Origin: Amphiscolops sp. MND2022
Taxonomy: Eukaryota
Direction: 5' to 3'
Length of the DNA: 64,000 nt
Assembly: GCA_964187785.1 (NCBI GenBank)
Contig: OZ076410.1
Location: forward strand, 24,924,001-24,988,000
Shown here: positions 37,666 to 52,151 of the stretch, piece after piece
Layout: each line of letters starts with the position of its first letter
Numbering within the stretch: the first letter of the stretch is position 1
Made by a program: the position numbers and the translations under genes
Notes under the pieces: model-generated
Databases searched by the model: none
What the model saw: the letters and a program-made list of their open reading frames with translations, nothing else
Told to the model about the DNA's origin: nothing

Positions 37666-38050
37666 ATGGGAAATAAGAGAAACAGGCGTTCTAGAAAATT
37701 AGAGACACCTTCCCCTGAGAGAGAAGTCAATAATACCCAGTTAGAAACACCCAACACAGGTAGTGAAACTTTAACTAATTTAAATGAGAATGTACAGGGA
37801 AATATAGGTGATAACGCCTCAGAAAATCAACTAGCTGAACTCAGTCAAACTAGCAACGAAATACAAGTTTGGACGCAGATTTTAGAGCAAAAAAGCAATG
37901 ACAGAATTACCAAAACGAGGGAAGAAATGGACAATAAACTAGAGTCCATCTTAAAAGAAATTAGATCCAATAAAAGCATGTCAACAACAACGAATCCCAG
38001 GTCAGAAGCAGCTGAAGTCCAAAATTCACAACCATCGGGATCCAAGTCTA
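37666..38050 (+). pseudogene. Truncated retroelement gag/ORF1 N-terminus interrupted by the 38053 repeat
   Basis: MGNKRNRRSRKLETPSPERE...NDRITKTREEMDNKLESILKEI (basic plus coiled coil); the frame runs directly into repeat sequence. Confidence 0.45.
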
Positions 38051-38111
38051 TGGGCTGTGTTGTGTTCTTTATTTTCCGACCCACATTTTCAATGGGGAGG
38101 AAAACCATCAT

Positions 38112-39580
38112 CTGTGTTGCGTTTGGAGCAAACGTAGTTATCAAAAAACCCAGTTTCACCAGGCTCTTTCTGCCGTGGTTACTAGTCAAAGAGTAATGCT
38201 TGTAACTAGTGGCAGTTATAGATTGCTCTTAGGCCAGAGAGCATCCTGTAGGACGGTTCCGACTCCTCGGGATCGTCAACCCTTAGGAGGTAAAAAGTGC
38301 CAATGTTGTGTTAGTTTCAGTCCCGGGCCACATCCATGTTGTTAGTTCCTCCAACCTCTTGTTCCGGCTAAACGATCAGCGCTTATCTTTACATGAGAAC
38401 TAATTATTGGCGACTACATAAGGATCGTCTTGGAAGATTTTCCTGAATGGTTTTAAGAGATCTGGCCCGCCGGTATTCAGCGCCATGACAGTTCCGACTC
38501 TGCAGAAGAAAGGAGAGACAGAGTTTTGTTTTTTTAAACAAAAGTGTGTATTCTTGGGAGTTGGAGCGGAATTGATCCAGAAATACCCGCAAAGCGGGTA
38601 AGTATATTGCAGGTAGTAGCGACAGTAGCTAATCGCTACTGATGTTTAACAGGTTTTTGTAGCTATTTTCAGCTTTTTGAGCTATGCAAATGGCGAACTG
38701 GAGTATTGCAGATTGTTGCTTCCCGTTTCTCGAGGAAACGTACAAGAGGGTTGATTTTTGGTTGACAGGATGTGCAAATGCTGATGGTGCTAGTGGTTCA
38801 AACCGGATGTATTTTGTAGAAAACGCGTGGAGAAGGTGTGTCAGCCTCGCACAGAGGTGTCGTTCAGATGGTCATGGTCCGCGGAAAGATTTCAACTTGC
38901 ACTTTTTTTGGGGAATCGTTGGTGCAGGTCAGTAACTTTTTCTTACGATGTAACGACATCCTATGGAAAGCTTTGGAATGAAGAAAACAGGGGTTTTCTA
39001 CGAAAATTGCAATATTCGAGTTTTTTTGGTGTTTTTCTTGGTTGAAGCACCGTTGCACCGTAATTTCAAAGCAAACTTGTAAAAATTGGTTAAAAAGTAG
39101 TCTCGAGCCTCGGAGAGTTGAAAAATGGCGACAGTCTTTAAGGCGCTTTGAGGCATAAACATGTTAGTTTTGTAGTGAAAACTGTACAAAAAGTGGAAAA
39201 AGGTCAAAAAGTTGCTTCTCGAGTAAACCACAACTATGGCGCTGGTAGTAACTTTCATTGCCAGTTTCTTTAACTTTTGGACCGTGGACAAGTGAAAATC
39301 TCGTACTTTGGGCCGTTTTTGGACATTGTAGACTGTATTGAAGAAATCTCTACAGTGCAAGTCCTATTCGCTGTAGGGGAACCTGCGCGTTCTCTTTTTC
39401 TGTTTGTGTGAAGAAAATAACGTGTGAGAGTGAAATCCGCATGTGAAAATTCATTTTTGGTGCTGCGAAAAGTGGAAAAAGCACAGAAAAACACCAATTT
39501 CGACTGAAATCGGACTGTCTTAGTTTCAGAGTTTGGTCATCGATTCCATATACCTACCTTCAAAGTTGCTGAAAATTCTC
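38112..39580 (+). repeat. LTR-like direct repeat of about 1.5 kb, copy 1
   Basis: Colinear with 52152-53620 from ctgtgttgcgtttggagcaaacg to gtcatcgattccata...ttcaaagt; about 95% identical over the first 300 bp by my count, lower afterwards. Confidence 0.8.
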
Positions 39581-40249
39581 AACCACCACCGAAAAAAAAA
39601 GACCAACGACCTCAAAAGGATCTGAAATAGCCAAAAAAGCCAAAACTTCTGGACTGTCGATGCCCTAAAACTATCAAACACAGCAAAATGAGGGCTTGTC
39701 GCTGTGCTGTGGCTAGTGGGGCAACACGTTGGCACTTGTTTGCCTGTCTTAGTTTTTATTGACGTGACCTTCTTAGCCAATTTGTAAAAAAAACGTGACC
39801 AAAAAGACTGGTTTCGCAAACATAGTGTCTGTACCCTGTCGGAACTTTAAGTAAGCCCTCGAGGGTCTGTTGGACCATGGAAACAGCATTGTGGGTGCCC
39901 ACTGACAGTGTATTCCATAATTGATGCCAATTGGTGCAGTACTTCAAAATTGTCGAAAACAGACCGCACAAAAAGAGGTGCTGAAAAAACCAGAGCACTA
40001 ACTCAAAACGGTATTTGGAAATTGTGATATAAGTGTGCAATTTGGCACCTACTTACACATAGGGGTACCACACGTCTGTTTGCAATAGCTACGACCCGAA
40101 GAAGTTACTTCGACCCGCTTGAGACGTGCATATCGTGATTTTGTCTTAAGGACACCGAAACGACTGGAGGTCGCGCAACCTTTCGGGGCCTCTGACAGCT
40201 TTACCAATAATCCGAAGCTCTTTCAGGTATGCCCTTGAGCACGAATTGG

Positions 40250-43200
40250 TAGTTCGCTGTTCAGTGCTGCTCTAGAAGCGGCATCAATTGTGCTGCACTG
40301 AGCCTAGCAGTGCCGTTAGTTGTGATCACTTGTCCGATTGACATGTCCAACATATTGTGAGCCTGCAAAATTGTATTTGCAGTTGTAGAGTCTAGGCTTC
40401 GCTCGCGACTGAACCATGCTACGAGTAGCAGTGCAGCATTGACTGAATCTACAACGCCTGAAACGACCGAAACCATAGAAATATATGTGTTTAGCTCAGT
40501 TCAAGGTGAGAGTTCTGGTAGCAATGAATGGCGACCTGAATCTGCAGACATGGCCGTCTTTGAAGTCTCTAACGAGTGGTGCATTTTTTTCAGGAGCAGT
40601 GTCTGACCGGATAACTACCGAACAGCAACGAAAAGTGGAGCAGGGCCCACTCGCTAGTCTCCGAAGAGCTGATTCGAACTAAGCACTAGATCCAGGAAAT
40701 GCGAGGCGGACAAACTACGTCACACCGCGTTAAGGATTTCTGGCCGAACTCCAATGTAACTATGGAACAAGAAGCTAAAGGGTGCTCGCGGACACCCGAT
40801 GAGATCAGCAGTCCTGGCAGTAAAGACACTGATGCCATATTGCTAAGTATCACCAAAGTGCGTGGTATGATTTATGCACTGTATCGCCTCGAGGAGTCCA
40901 GTCGATCAAAAGTTTTCGGAAAGCACAAGGCGCGACGACCAACTTTGTGTATGTGAGATGAAATGGTTGGTGATTGTTCCGCGGGATTTATCGGCATCGC
41001 AGGATTTTTCCTCATCTGTAGCTTCTCCACAAAAGATCTTCGGCTTATCGAGCCGTTGAGGAGGCTGCGGAGGCTAAGATCGCTTCGTTAGACGCCGACG
41101 CTGAGGCAAAAGAGGCTTTAGCATGATTAGGTGATACCCGTGCAGAGTGTAGCAAGTAGCACAAAGCAATCACCGCTGAAATTGAAGCGGTTCAACGTGT
41201 TGTGCAGGACGGCTTGCGCTCTAGCAGGCAGCAACAATCTGTGCAGTCCAAGAAAGTGGATGCTATGGGTTACAGGACGAGATTAAAGAGCTATTACTCC
41301 AAAGTAAATTGCGCATGGAAGTGCAAATAGCCAAGATCAACAACCAGATGAACGCTCTGGAAGCAGCAGCATGATGGGAAAAGCCTAAGCCAGCTGTATC
41401 TGCGACAGATATCCAAGTGGCGCCTTCGCTCACCATTGGCCCTCCTCTGATGCTGAAGAGAAGACCCAAAATTGTTACCATCCAAGTCCGCCAGAAGCGA
41501 CAAGTCCAGTGCCACGCCATTGCCTTCGCAAACTACTTTGCTGACACGTACTCAAGATAGAGGAGTGCATTCTAACAGTCTGGAATCGTCTACCATAAAC
41601 TTAACTGACACTGAAGCCACAGATCGATCTCACGCCAGCAGTGTGTAGGATAACACCTTCGCCACTGCTCAAGCACAGGTGGTTGAAGCGAGTTCTCTAA
41701 ATTTGATTGCAGATGAGGGGGTGCACGCGGACAATCGTTGTGCCAGTAGCACGTGTAAGAAGACCAAATGTGAGGACTCATCTGTTCAGGCAACCTAACG
41801 AAGCAGGGAAGCTTCGCCTGCATGTAGTGAGGATGACGATGCCATCTCCCCGACCAGTTACAGTTCACCACGACTTCATTCAGAGCTATGTCTAAGGGGT
41901 TAGCTGCTCTCCTAGCTGGCAGCGATCCAGGCCCGCGTGTATTGAGGGTGTAGAGAAGGCTCTATCGAAGGCTTTGATTTGGTAATGCGCCGGTATTTGG
42001 AGCGCACTCAGGCCAAACGTCTCCTGTTGACAAGCTTGGAGTATCATTGGTCATCTGGAAGGTGAGACATATAATTACATCATCAACAACGCTGAGTCAG
42101 AACATGGCACACCTGGAACAAAGTTCGAATTGTTGGCAAGTCGACTCGGTACAGGGGGTAACAGCATGCAAGTGCGGCAAGCCTTCATATCACGATGTCA
42201 ATTGGAGAAGGAATACTGGATGCATCATTTGGACGCTTTAGAAGGGCTGCGAAATCAAGGAATCCCTAAATAGCTATCACCAGCAGACGTTACGAAATCC
42301 TGCAACGCTTCAAAGAAAGGGTTCGCGATCCTACACTACGACGTGAATTGGCTATTATTTATGCTTCTGAAGCTTCAGTGACTCAACAACCTACAGTGGA
42401 ATTTTTGCGATTTACCGCCTCGCAGTTACAACAAAATCGCACAGAGCAGTCACAGCCGTATAATTCCCGTTATGCAATGAGGTCGAAACCCCATCCTTTT
42501 GGTCCATTGCCACCAAACAAGTTGGTATTTCCGTAGGGGAAATTGTCGCCTCCTCCTGCACCCTTTAATGCACGTCTTGCAGCTGCACCACCTGCTGTGC
42601 GCCCGCCATTGGCTGCATGCGTCAACTACCGGCAAGCAGGTCATTTTGCTTGTGAGTGCCCCAACCTATGCACAACGAAGCTGTAAAGGCAACTACCGAT
42701 GATTTTGTGGAAGGTGTCGCGGAGAACTGCTCCGGAATACGCTTCAGTGTGAACTGCGGAACGATTGATCATATAGCTTCGCAGTGAGCAGAAAATCAAG
42801 TGAGCGGTGATTATGCCTATAGTCGATGGTCCGAATTGGACGCGGTTGATGAAGCTGCTCATACGTTGCCCCTAGAGAATGACCGGGTGCTAGTATTGCA
42901 CTCGCCTGAGCCGCCCACCATGTAGACCCCTTCCATCGTAACCTGTGGTGAGAAGCAGATACAAACTAGCTTCGAGCCGACAACAATAAATTCTCAGGGT
43001 CGCACTCGCACTCTGATCTTTTTTCACCAAGCCCTGGCTTGACTTTGCAAAAGCTGTGGGTGGAGCTGGCGGATCGGTACCAAAAGACTAAAATAAAGCG
43101 TCCGAAGGAATAGTGTGTCCCTGGAGAGTCCTCTACGTTGACTGCGTGTTTTCTTGTGTCTGTGTGTGCTACTCTGGACGGGGCGGACATGAAGTTCGAT

Positions 43201-46200
43201 GCATGTGTGATTGTGGATATCTTCGCGCTGTTACAGTCTCAGCAGACAAGAACCCACTGGTGAAGCCCGTATTGACCAGCGTGCGTCACCCGTGGTATCG
43301 TTCGTGGTATCCGATGCAGCACATGTTTCTATAGGAGCGCTGGTTAACACTGGTGCCGGAGAGTGTCTATATTGACGATTTCTGCTTTCAATCGTGTGGC
43401 AGTCCAGACTGTCGCGATGCTGAGACCTTATGGAATTGACTTGTACGCGGCAAATGGCAAAACTATCAAGACGTTCGGTTTAGCGGAGCGTGTGCTCTTC
43501 CAACTAGGCGGTTATGAGTTCGAAACTAACTTCGTGGTCGTGGACAATACCATGAGAGTAGGGGATTTTCTGCTTGGCCGAAACTTCTTTAAATTAAAAC
43601 ATGTTGCGAGTACCCACCCAGGAAAACTATCTGGCATCATACTGACGTCCAGGTAGGTAATCCTGATTTATTGGTCCCTGCTTCTTTGGTCTAACACATT
43701 GTATTGCAACCCACTGAGAGAATAGTGGCCCGCGCCACAGTGGTCACTGACAAACTACTGCCACTTTTCGTTCAGAAGGAAATATTAAATGCTTCCATTG
43801 CGGTCATGAGAAGATGTTGTTTTTTTAGAGGAGGGCGCCCTTCCCCAAATGTTACGGTGCTCACAAACTAATGTGGGCAACGGCCGTACAAATTCTGATT
43901 ATAAAATATAAGTGATGTAAACCTACAAACGGACTCATAATTAACTGCTTCTTCTTCTTCTTCTTTTTCTGAAATTGAGTTTTTGACTTCCACTGACCCA
44001 AGCGAAGTAAGCTTGCAAGACTGGTAAAAAAAACAAACCGGAATGACCTACGTCCCAGCTCCAGGAGGTCAAGGGCCGGTGGGGCTCTGTAGCGAGCGAA
44101 TCGTTTAGCAAAATTCAAACAAAGTATTATGACTTGTTCATGAAGCGTAAAGCCGACATTGGTCGGTGCACCATTGGAAAACACCCTGTGGAGGTAGAGC
44201 CAGGGGCTTCATCGAACCGGGAGGGTAGTGCCCGAGGATCTCTTGATAAGACTGAGCGCGCCAATCAGGAAGTGCGCAACTTGTTGGCACTATGGATGAT
44301 ACAAACCTACTTGTCAACCAGGGCTAGCGGCATTATCCTGGTAAAAAAAAACGTAGAATTGAGCTTTTGCTGTGACTTAACCCGTTAGGCGAAGTGACCG
44401 TCAAAGATGCCTATCCACTGTCGCGCATTGAAGAGAGCTTAGCGCTCCTAGGCAAAGCCAAGATTTACACAAGTATCGATCTGGCGTGGGTCTTTTGGCA
44501 AATCCCCGTGAGGAAATCTAATCGACGGAAAACGGCCTTTGCTTGCGAGCTAGGACTCTTTGAATGCTTCCGCTATAATGCAAAGACCGATAGCTCGAGC
44601 GCTACAAAAACTTGTGAATCGTGAAGAAAGCATGATGTTGGCCTACATTGATGACTTTGTGATCGCCATAGAAACCGTGGAGAATCACGTGGTCTGTTCG
44701 CGCGAGGTCGTGAGATTCGCCTGGCCAAGGGTGATTTCATGAAATCAGAAATCAAGTACTTGTCCTTTGCAGTTTCTACGGGGGCCTGAAGATGATCCTA
44801 AAGGAGTGTCAAAGTTCCGCTATTGGGATATTCCCGCAACAAAACGGAGATGCAAAGCTTCTTATGCTTCGTTAACTACTACCGTGAGTTCATTCCTTGA
44901 CATCCAAAGTTGCACCTTTGCACGCTATCACCGGGTCGAACGCCACATTTGGGGGCCCGTGGCAGCAACAGGCATTTAACGAAGTCAAGAAACAGTGCAA
45001 GTGAGATAACCGCCCGCTCTCAACCCGACTCAGAAGGTGAGTTTGTGCTAGATACTGATGCGAGCGCTGTCGCAATATCTGTTACATTGCACCAGTGGCA
45101 AGGTACTTCAGGGGAAGGAGGCCTCATATCAATTATCTACGGCAGTACAAAAAAGTGACAGCCACTCAAGCCAAGTATGTCGCACCCAAGCTTGAGATGT
45201 ACAAAGCCGACCACCTAATTGTCAAGAATCACATCTACTTGTGTCCCCAAAAGTTTACCTTGAGGGTGAACAATCAGGCACTATATTGGTTGAAAATATA
45301 TTCTACCGATCGAGCCTTTATTGGTCGATGGATCATTTCTTTCGAGAAGTACCATTTTCGTGTTGAGCATCGCCAGATGACACAGCATCGCAAAGCAGAT
45401 GGACTGTCAAAACGAACCAACGACTATCGATGGCGAGAGGAGCAGCTCGAGCCACTGCCACCAGTGGCTTAACGCTTCTCATCACAGGCCGAGTATGAAC
45501 AGTTGCTAACTGCTCATTGGTTTGATGTGCAGTGCTGGGTGATTCCTAAACACCCAGATTTGCCTGCGCATCGGCAGCAGCGGGAACATGCTGCTTCAAA
45601 CTCGGTTCAGTGTATCATCTGCCGAACCCTGCGAGCAAAACGCCGAGAAAGGCAGCAAGAAGCGCTGAGGGTCCCTCAGCAAATCTCGCCCCCTCCTGTT
45701 TCGCATGCTCACGACGAGTTCTATCCTGACTATCCTGAGGATTGAACAGATGTAACGGAGGAAGCAAGTCATGATTACTTGTTACCGACTCATGCTACCA
45801 AAGTGGCCTCGCGGACTACCTAAACTAGCCTAGAATCGTGATGTCTACAATTTAGCTCTAAACAAAATGTTTCTACACGAAACAATTGATCAGTTCATTA
45901 TTTCTGTGGATGTGCGTGCGTTCGCACGTAACTACTTCATACAGAAAAAGATCTTCGGTTCATTACCAAAAATGGACTTTTTGTGCAAAGTACTCCTCTT
46001 CCCAACGCCCATTTGATAAGCGTCATCGTATGATTCTGATAAAACAACTATAAGAGGACCAAAACCTGTTCCGTTCGCATGATGCCATGGGACACCAAGG
46101 CATCACTAAGGTGGTATCCAAGAACGGCATACGTAGCCTGGCATTCTCCGCAGTGTGGTGCAGTTCGTGGGTCAATGCCTCACGTGCCAGCACGTGCGTG

Positions 46201-49200
46201 ACAAGCCAGAGGATGTGCGCTCCCTCTTGAAAAACACTCGGAGTGGTTGTTTCAATGAGTTGTTATTGCATTATGATCACATGGAAAATTACCCCTCAGA
46301 TAAGAATAACACGGGCATCCTGCTGATCATTGATCACATTTCCAAGTTCGCAGACGCCGTGCCCTGCAGACGTGATGAGTATGAGCAATCACCACTTTCA
46401 GGTTGCTCTTGCAAAAGCAGTTTGCCAGACACGGCACGCCTACACGCCACGCCTGCAATCTGATAACCCACCCACCCTGACTGCAGGAGTGTCAAATGAG
46501 TTTATGAAGGTCTCACATGTCACCAAAGTCACTTCTACTGCGGGTCATCCGCTACTCAACGGTTGGCTGAGTGTCAGAACTGCACTCTCCCATCTTGTTG
46601 CGAGTATATAGCACGCAACGTATGGAAGATTGGGATCAGAATTTGCATGAGGTAATAGACGCCTACAGTTCTACTCGGCATGCTACCACAGGACTTTCAC
46701 CCTAAGTGCTGATTCGTGGTCCCGAGAAGGCTATTTCATTGACTTAGCTCTATCTTGAATTTACCGTCAAGTAGTGTGACACACATGAAGTCTACGTGGA
46801 TCATGTTTCGGCTCGCCAACAGGGGATTCACGACTTGATGCGACGTAACACGCATCAGGCTCAGTTGCGAAAAAAGCTAAAGTTTGACCGCGCCATTCGT
46901 GGTGAGGTGAGCTGGTGTGGGTCTTTTGTCATTATACTCCGCGGAAAGGTTCACCTAAATTGATAAGTGCCTGGTGTGGTCCGCAAAGAGTGGTCCACGT
47001 GTTACAGGATGTACGGGTGTCAATCATGACACAGGTCAGATAATACACTTTGAGCGTCTTTAACCGCATTAAAGCGGACCCACTGAGTGACTACTCCCCT
47101 TGACACTTGCGAAATTGTAGTGACAATGGATACTGAGCCTATGCGCTTGGCTGACGCGATTGGTGACGAAATCTCCAAACCATCTTATCGATATGAACAA
47201 CTGCTTTCAGAGGATTCGGATCTGCCATCGCGCAGAAAACGTTGGATGGACACTGGACTGCATACCAAACTCCATGACAGGTTTGTGTTGGACCTGTTTG
47301 CGTGGACCAATATCCACGTGGTCCTACACAACCGCGTGTATATGTCCATGCTCAGTATCGAGGTGCGCGAATAACCTTCTATTTAAACATTAGTTCTTTA
47401 CCCTTTTATTTGATTTCATCTTAATCTTAATTTAACTGAATTGCCTTATGCGCTTCCCCTTTTTCGTGCCTTATGTATTTTCATTTACGTAGGTGGTTAG
47501 TCCTAGTTTTTCCGTGGTAGCTATCACATGTAATGAAGTGGAGCCCCCTTATGCAGCTCGCTTGTTTTAAGTTTTAACCTTGGACTATTAATCATAACTG
47601 AACGAACCTCAAAAAAGAACCATGTGTCTAAGTTTTACCTGTTTCTAGACCTATGCTACCATGACGTGTCCGGAACGGTGTGTGGGATGAGTACAATCTC
47701 ACCCATCAATTCCAGGACGAACGTTCTACCACATTGTACGGGCCGAATTATCATACGGTTTTTGAACAGGAGGCGTCACTGCGTATGTTGCCCTATTTAG
47801 CGACTGCTCAGGCTGTGGCTCCACAACCTTCACAGATGACGATTCAGCTTTATCGTCCGCACCAGCAGCACATGGTGCCAACACTGACAGTGGTAGTGCC
47901 GAATACGCCGAGTCCGTATCCCAGTTCTCCTGCCTCTTCAAACATCTCAACAACCAGTTCTGGAGCTCGAGAGCTGTTAAGTGTCAGAGTTCTCCAGTCG
48001 GCGCTCCTAGAGCGCTTCTGCAAGCTGTTGCCAGTTATCTAGAATCAAGACATTTCGTCAATTTTGCGTCCCACATTATGTCTGGCTTACAGACCCTATT
48101 AGAAGCACCAATGCAGCCCGACAGCTGCGTGCTAGCAACGAACCAAAGCCAGGGGCACAGTACGTTGGCCCTCAGAGCGCTTTCGCATGTGTCTGACGAC
48201 GAATCAGGGCCTAAACGAGCGTCGCTTCATGTGGTGTCTGGTGTGCCTAGCCTCACAGAGAGCCGTCCTCCACCTGACAACCAGTGCCAAAATGAACCCG
48301 CTTTGCATCCACTGTCGGGTACCGATGCCCGGCGCAGCCGCAATTTTCCATGGACGAAGCCGTAGAAATATATGCACCCAATCCGGAGTCCCTGAAGCGA
48401 GCATATTTCCTCCTTCCGAGGATGTATCCGGATCGCTGATCACTCGCTATTCTAAGCGAATCTGGGAAGCCGCTATTTGTTCGATAGGTCAGCATTTTCA
48501 CTATTGCCAGCGTGTCCCCCCTCCCTCTAACCTCGAGCATGCACAAGTGCGAAATTTTTCGATTGCCGCCTATGTAACGCGCTCGCTGAGGCCTCATGGC
48601 GTAGATATAGGCGAACAGGTCATGGTACAACGTGACCGACAAAAATTGCCTCTGACACACGACAGCTAATTCAGACCGTTGTAGCACACCTGTCTGAGCA
48701 GTTCCCCGAGCGATATTCCTTCCATCATGGTAATACTTGAAAGAATACAAGTACGCCCGCAATCTGGAATCGTTGAAACCTAGTTGAATTCCAGAAAACC
48801 TGGTCCAGCGGACAAGGTATTGTGTTATGGTCGATTCCACTTTTCGCTGTGACCTTTCTTTCGACAACATGATGCCTGAAGTGATGGTGGTCACAATGCC
48901 TCTGTCTCGTCTACCAGGATTGGCGGAGCTAGTGGTAGTCCAAGCGATCCCTCAGAAAACGACGAAAAAGTGATCTTCGACAACTTGATTAATCACATAC
49001 CCTGTGTGGGATGGCTGGCGTCTCTGCCCCGGGTTCTACCGACTAAAAACACCAGCGAAACTGACAGAAATGAAACTTCTAGGTTGCTCTACCAAGCAGC
49101 AATAGCCATGGACAAAGCATCCAAGATCTTGCGAGAAAGCCTGAGTGTCCTGGCCATATTCGTGTCTCCGATTGGAATGATGTATTGGAGTCGCGAGTGC

Positions 49201-51600
49201 CAGCAGTTTGTGAACATATTGACTGAGGTATGCCAAGCACAACCTATCAACTTTTCAATCTGTGCCCCCAACTTGCCAGTTGTGAAGGATGAGTTGCGTC
49301 CCGTTGCACTTTCATACCACGCCTACCTAGCCACTGTTTCTCGTGTGGTACAGGCAACTGAACCGCGAGGCAATGCCCAGCTAACGCTGGATGGATGTTT
49401 TGACAATCGAGAGAACCGAATCTGACCTGAAGCAACTATGTCTGAACGTGAGGATGTGTGCCAGTACAACTGACTTGCTTGCGCTGCTCCCATGAGAGGA
49501 GAACTAACGTCCATCATGGATCAGATTAGTCAATGGCCGGTGAATCGAGAGGTGGAGGAAACTACTCTTCAGGAAATAATCAATCTGCCTCTTGGTTTGC
49601 GCTATATCCTATCCCGCGAAGCTAATGTCCTTAAACGGACAGCGCAAGCTCGCGAGCTTACTTACATCCGAGAGCTTCCGAAGTCTGTACCAGCTCTAGC
49701 CACTATTTTCGGCTGAGGCCTAAAACTGCCTTACATGGGCTGAGTGGGGAAAAGTGCAGAAGTTGACTGAATTGGTTGGTGACAAAATGACGGTCGGGGA
49801 AGTGCTGGCTCTAGCCCTAGTGGGTCCAACAAATTTTATGGCAGGCCTTCTGGCTATCCTGATTGACAAGATTGCAGCCTGCAATCTGATCGACTTCTAT
49901 GCGTATCTGATCTGGTGGTAGCTCAAGAAGTAATGAAAAGCTTGATCAGTTCAGGTAAGGTACTGTATATCCGCGACCAGCCAGATTACACAGAACCATT
50001 GGGGAGGCTGCGTGCCTCCCCCCAGTATTGGTTCTATTCCTTCGTGTTATCCGTGGCTTTGCAGGTGCCAACTGTGTCAATCTGCACGTATCTGCACGTT
50101 CCACCTATATTACGAGACACATCCCGGTGAATTGGAACTCAGTCACGCAGCGTAATCTGTTTATTCCATGAAATGGTCAGTCAGCGTAAATTAGTCGAAA
50201 CGGTCTATGCCTGGACGGTGTAACTGTGTCAACGCGCCTAATAGAAAATAGTGTAAACTAGTCAAGGCGCGTAGTTAGTGAAACGTGCTGCTCGTAACCT
50301 ACTGAGCAGTGAAGTACCACAAGCCTACACTACTAAACCTGCGTTTAAGAAAAGAACCTGCTAGCACTGGCGACAACCTGCTTGGGTGTCCAAACAATGG
50401 GCACTAGCCGCTTCTAGCAGAGCTCAGGCCGAAGGTGCTCAGCTTCATAGTATCACCCCAACAAGGGCATTGTCTCTGGAACAGTAATAAACGCCGGCTG
50501 CACCAACTAGCCCAATTGATTCAGCCGAATCTCCGGACCCAGCGATGATATCCGAGCAGTCGGGCCAGAGCGCAGCAGATACAAACCAGCCATGCAGTAA
50601 ATGTAGCGCCAAGCTGGTTGGTGAGCCTGCGAACACACCTAAGGCGCTATCAAGATTGACCTCGAACTTTTGTCACAAAACTGTTTTGTTTTTGTTGCCT
50701 TACCATGCGGTGATTTACATACATGGTGAAAAATTAGTTTTTGTTAAGTAGCTAGCTATATTTATAATATTTGCCGCTGGTTAATGACCAAAGAGTGCGC
50801 CTGCCTCGCGTGCTCGTTGATCTGAACACTAAATAAACTACGGTAATCAAAAGATAACCAGAACAATAACGTTTTTGTTGTTCCTCTGCACCCCGCGCGG
50901 TGTTTACAACATTAGTTCAAGTAGAAATGACAAACTGAAAATTTAACTCCAGCTGTAGATGTATTCTCTGTCTATGATCACATGGACTCTATCGACTATT
51001 GTTGTAGTCATGGAGCCATAGAAAAAAGTTCCAGCAGGCAATAGCGGCAAAAGCGTTTTCACCCGTAGAAATGTCTCAAAATCTGTTGATGCTAAACGAA
51101 GTCCTAGTTCTCGAGCTGGTGCTAAAGAGTAGTCGTCATTTTTTGTGTGAAAACAGAGCGGTCTTAAGGTTGAGAAAAGTAAGATACCAGAGGGTACCAC
51201 TCGGAGTGCATATGGTAAACAAGGATTCCAGCGGTCAAGGAAATTTTCAACATGTCTCAAAAACTCGGTCAAATCTGGCGTGGAAGTTTGAGCATGATTT
51301 GACAAAGTACCTGCCCCCAGAAGCTGTGCAAAATGAAACAGCTAGATGTTGCAAAAGCCACGACGTCTGCCCAAAAAGCTCCGGAAAACATTTCAGCCAG
51401 GTCTTTTTTGGCTGCGAAACCGGTATTGGAGATGGCTGCTTGATGTGTTCGCCCGTCATCGGAGTTGTGCCCAGCTCGAGTCCTGGTGCCTCAACGACCC
51501 AAAATTCCACCGAACTGGACTGAATTATCTTAATTTTGTGTAGCAACTGATGTATTTAGATTAATATGCTCGAGAGCTATTATTGTCATCAGTTACCCCA
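40250..51600 (+). mobile_element. Decayed Ty3/Gypsy LTR retrotransposon internal region (second family)
   Basis: Gag with a decayed knuckle CVNYRQAGHFACECP (about 42620); protease ALVNTGAG (about 43340); RT KDAYPLSRIEE, IDLAWVFWQI, AYIDD; RNase H FVLDTDAS; integrase HDAMGH...CLTCQ, IIDHISKFA. Heavily frameshifted. Confidence 0.9.
47680..50130 (+). pseudogene. Extra ORF region 3' of integrase, possibly SGNH/GDSL-esterase-like
   Basis: Long coding-like fragments after an AT-rich spacer, e.g. VIFDNLINHIPCVG and QFVNILTEVCQAQPINFSICAPNL...DELRPVALSYHAYLATVSRVV; the spacing loosely recalls SGNH blocks III and V. Confidence 0.35.
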
Positions 51601-51624
51601 TTTTCATGGTTTCAAAGAATCCCA

Positions 51625-51787
51625 CTCTGGAGCAAATTCATATATCAAAAGACCCCGCTGGAATAGGTTATTTCTGCCGGGGTTTCTAGTCAAAGAGTAA
51701 TGCTCGTAACTAGTAGCAGCTACAGACTGGTTTTAGCCCGGAGAGCATCGTGTAAGACGGTTCCCCTGCTCGGGATCGTAAACCCTT
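51625..51787 (+). repeat. Diverged, truncated third copy of the LTR-like repeat 5' end
   Basis: tggagcaaa...tttctgccggggtttctagtcaaagagtaatgctcgtaactag...gggatcgtaaaccctta aligns with 38125-38285. Confidence 0.75.
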
Positions 51788-52151
51788 ACATTACTGTGCA
51801 TCTGCAAGCTAAATCGCCACAGACACATTTCTGTGCGTGTATGTCCTCCGATTCCGCAGACATGTCTTAAAGCGTGCAAAATTGGCAATTTAGCACTGAT
51901 TTTGCGGGATCCACGGCACGAAAATCGGCGTTTTTCGGAATCCGAGGGCATGGGTTAATACGTTAGCCGGTTTCAAATTGCGGAAACTGGGACCAAAAAT
52001 ATGCCGACAAATGCCGACAAGATGCCGCAAAATTCGTGTCTTGGATTCCACAAAGTGCATTACAACCAATCAGATGGCTGCAAATTTTAGCGTCTTAGTT
52101 TCCACTTACATTTTAATTAGCTGAAATCAAATTTAATAAGCCAGAGAGAGA

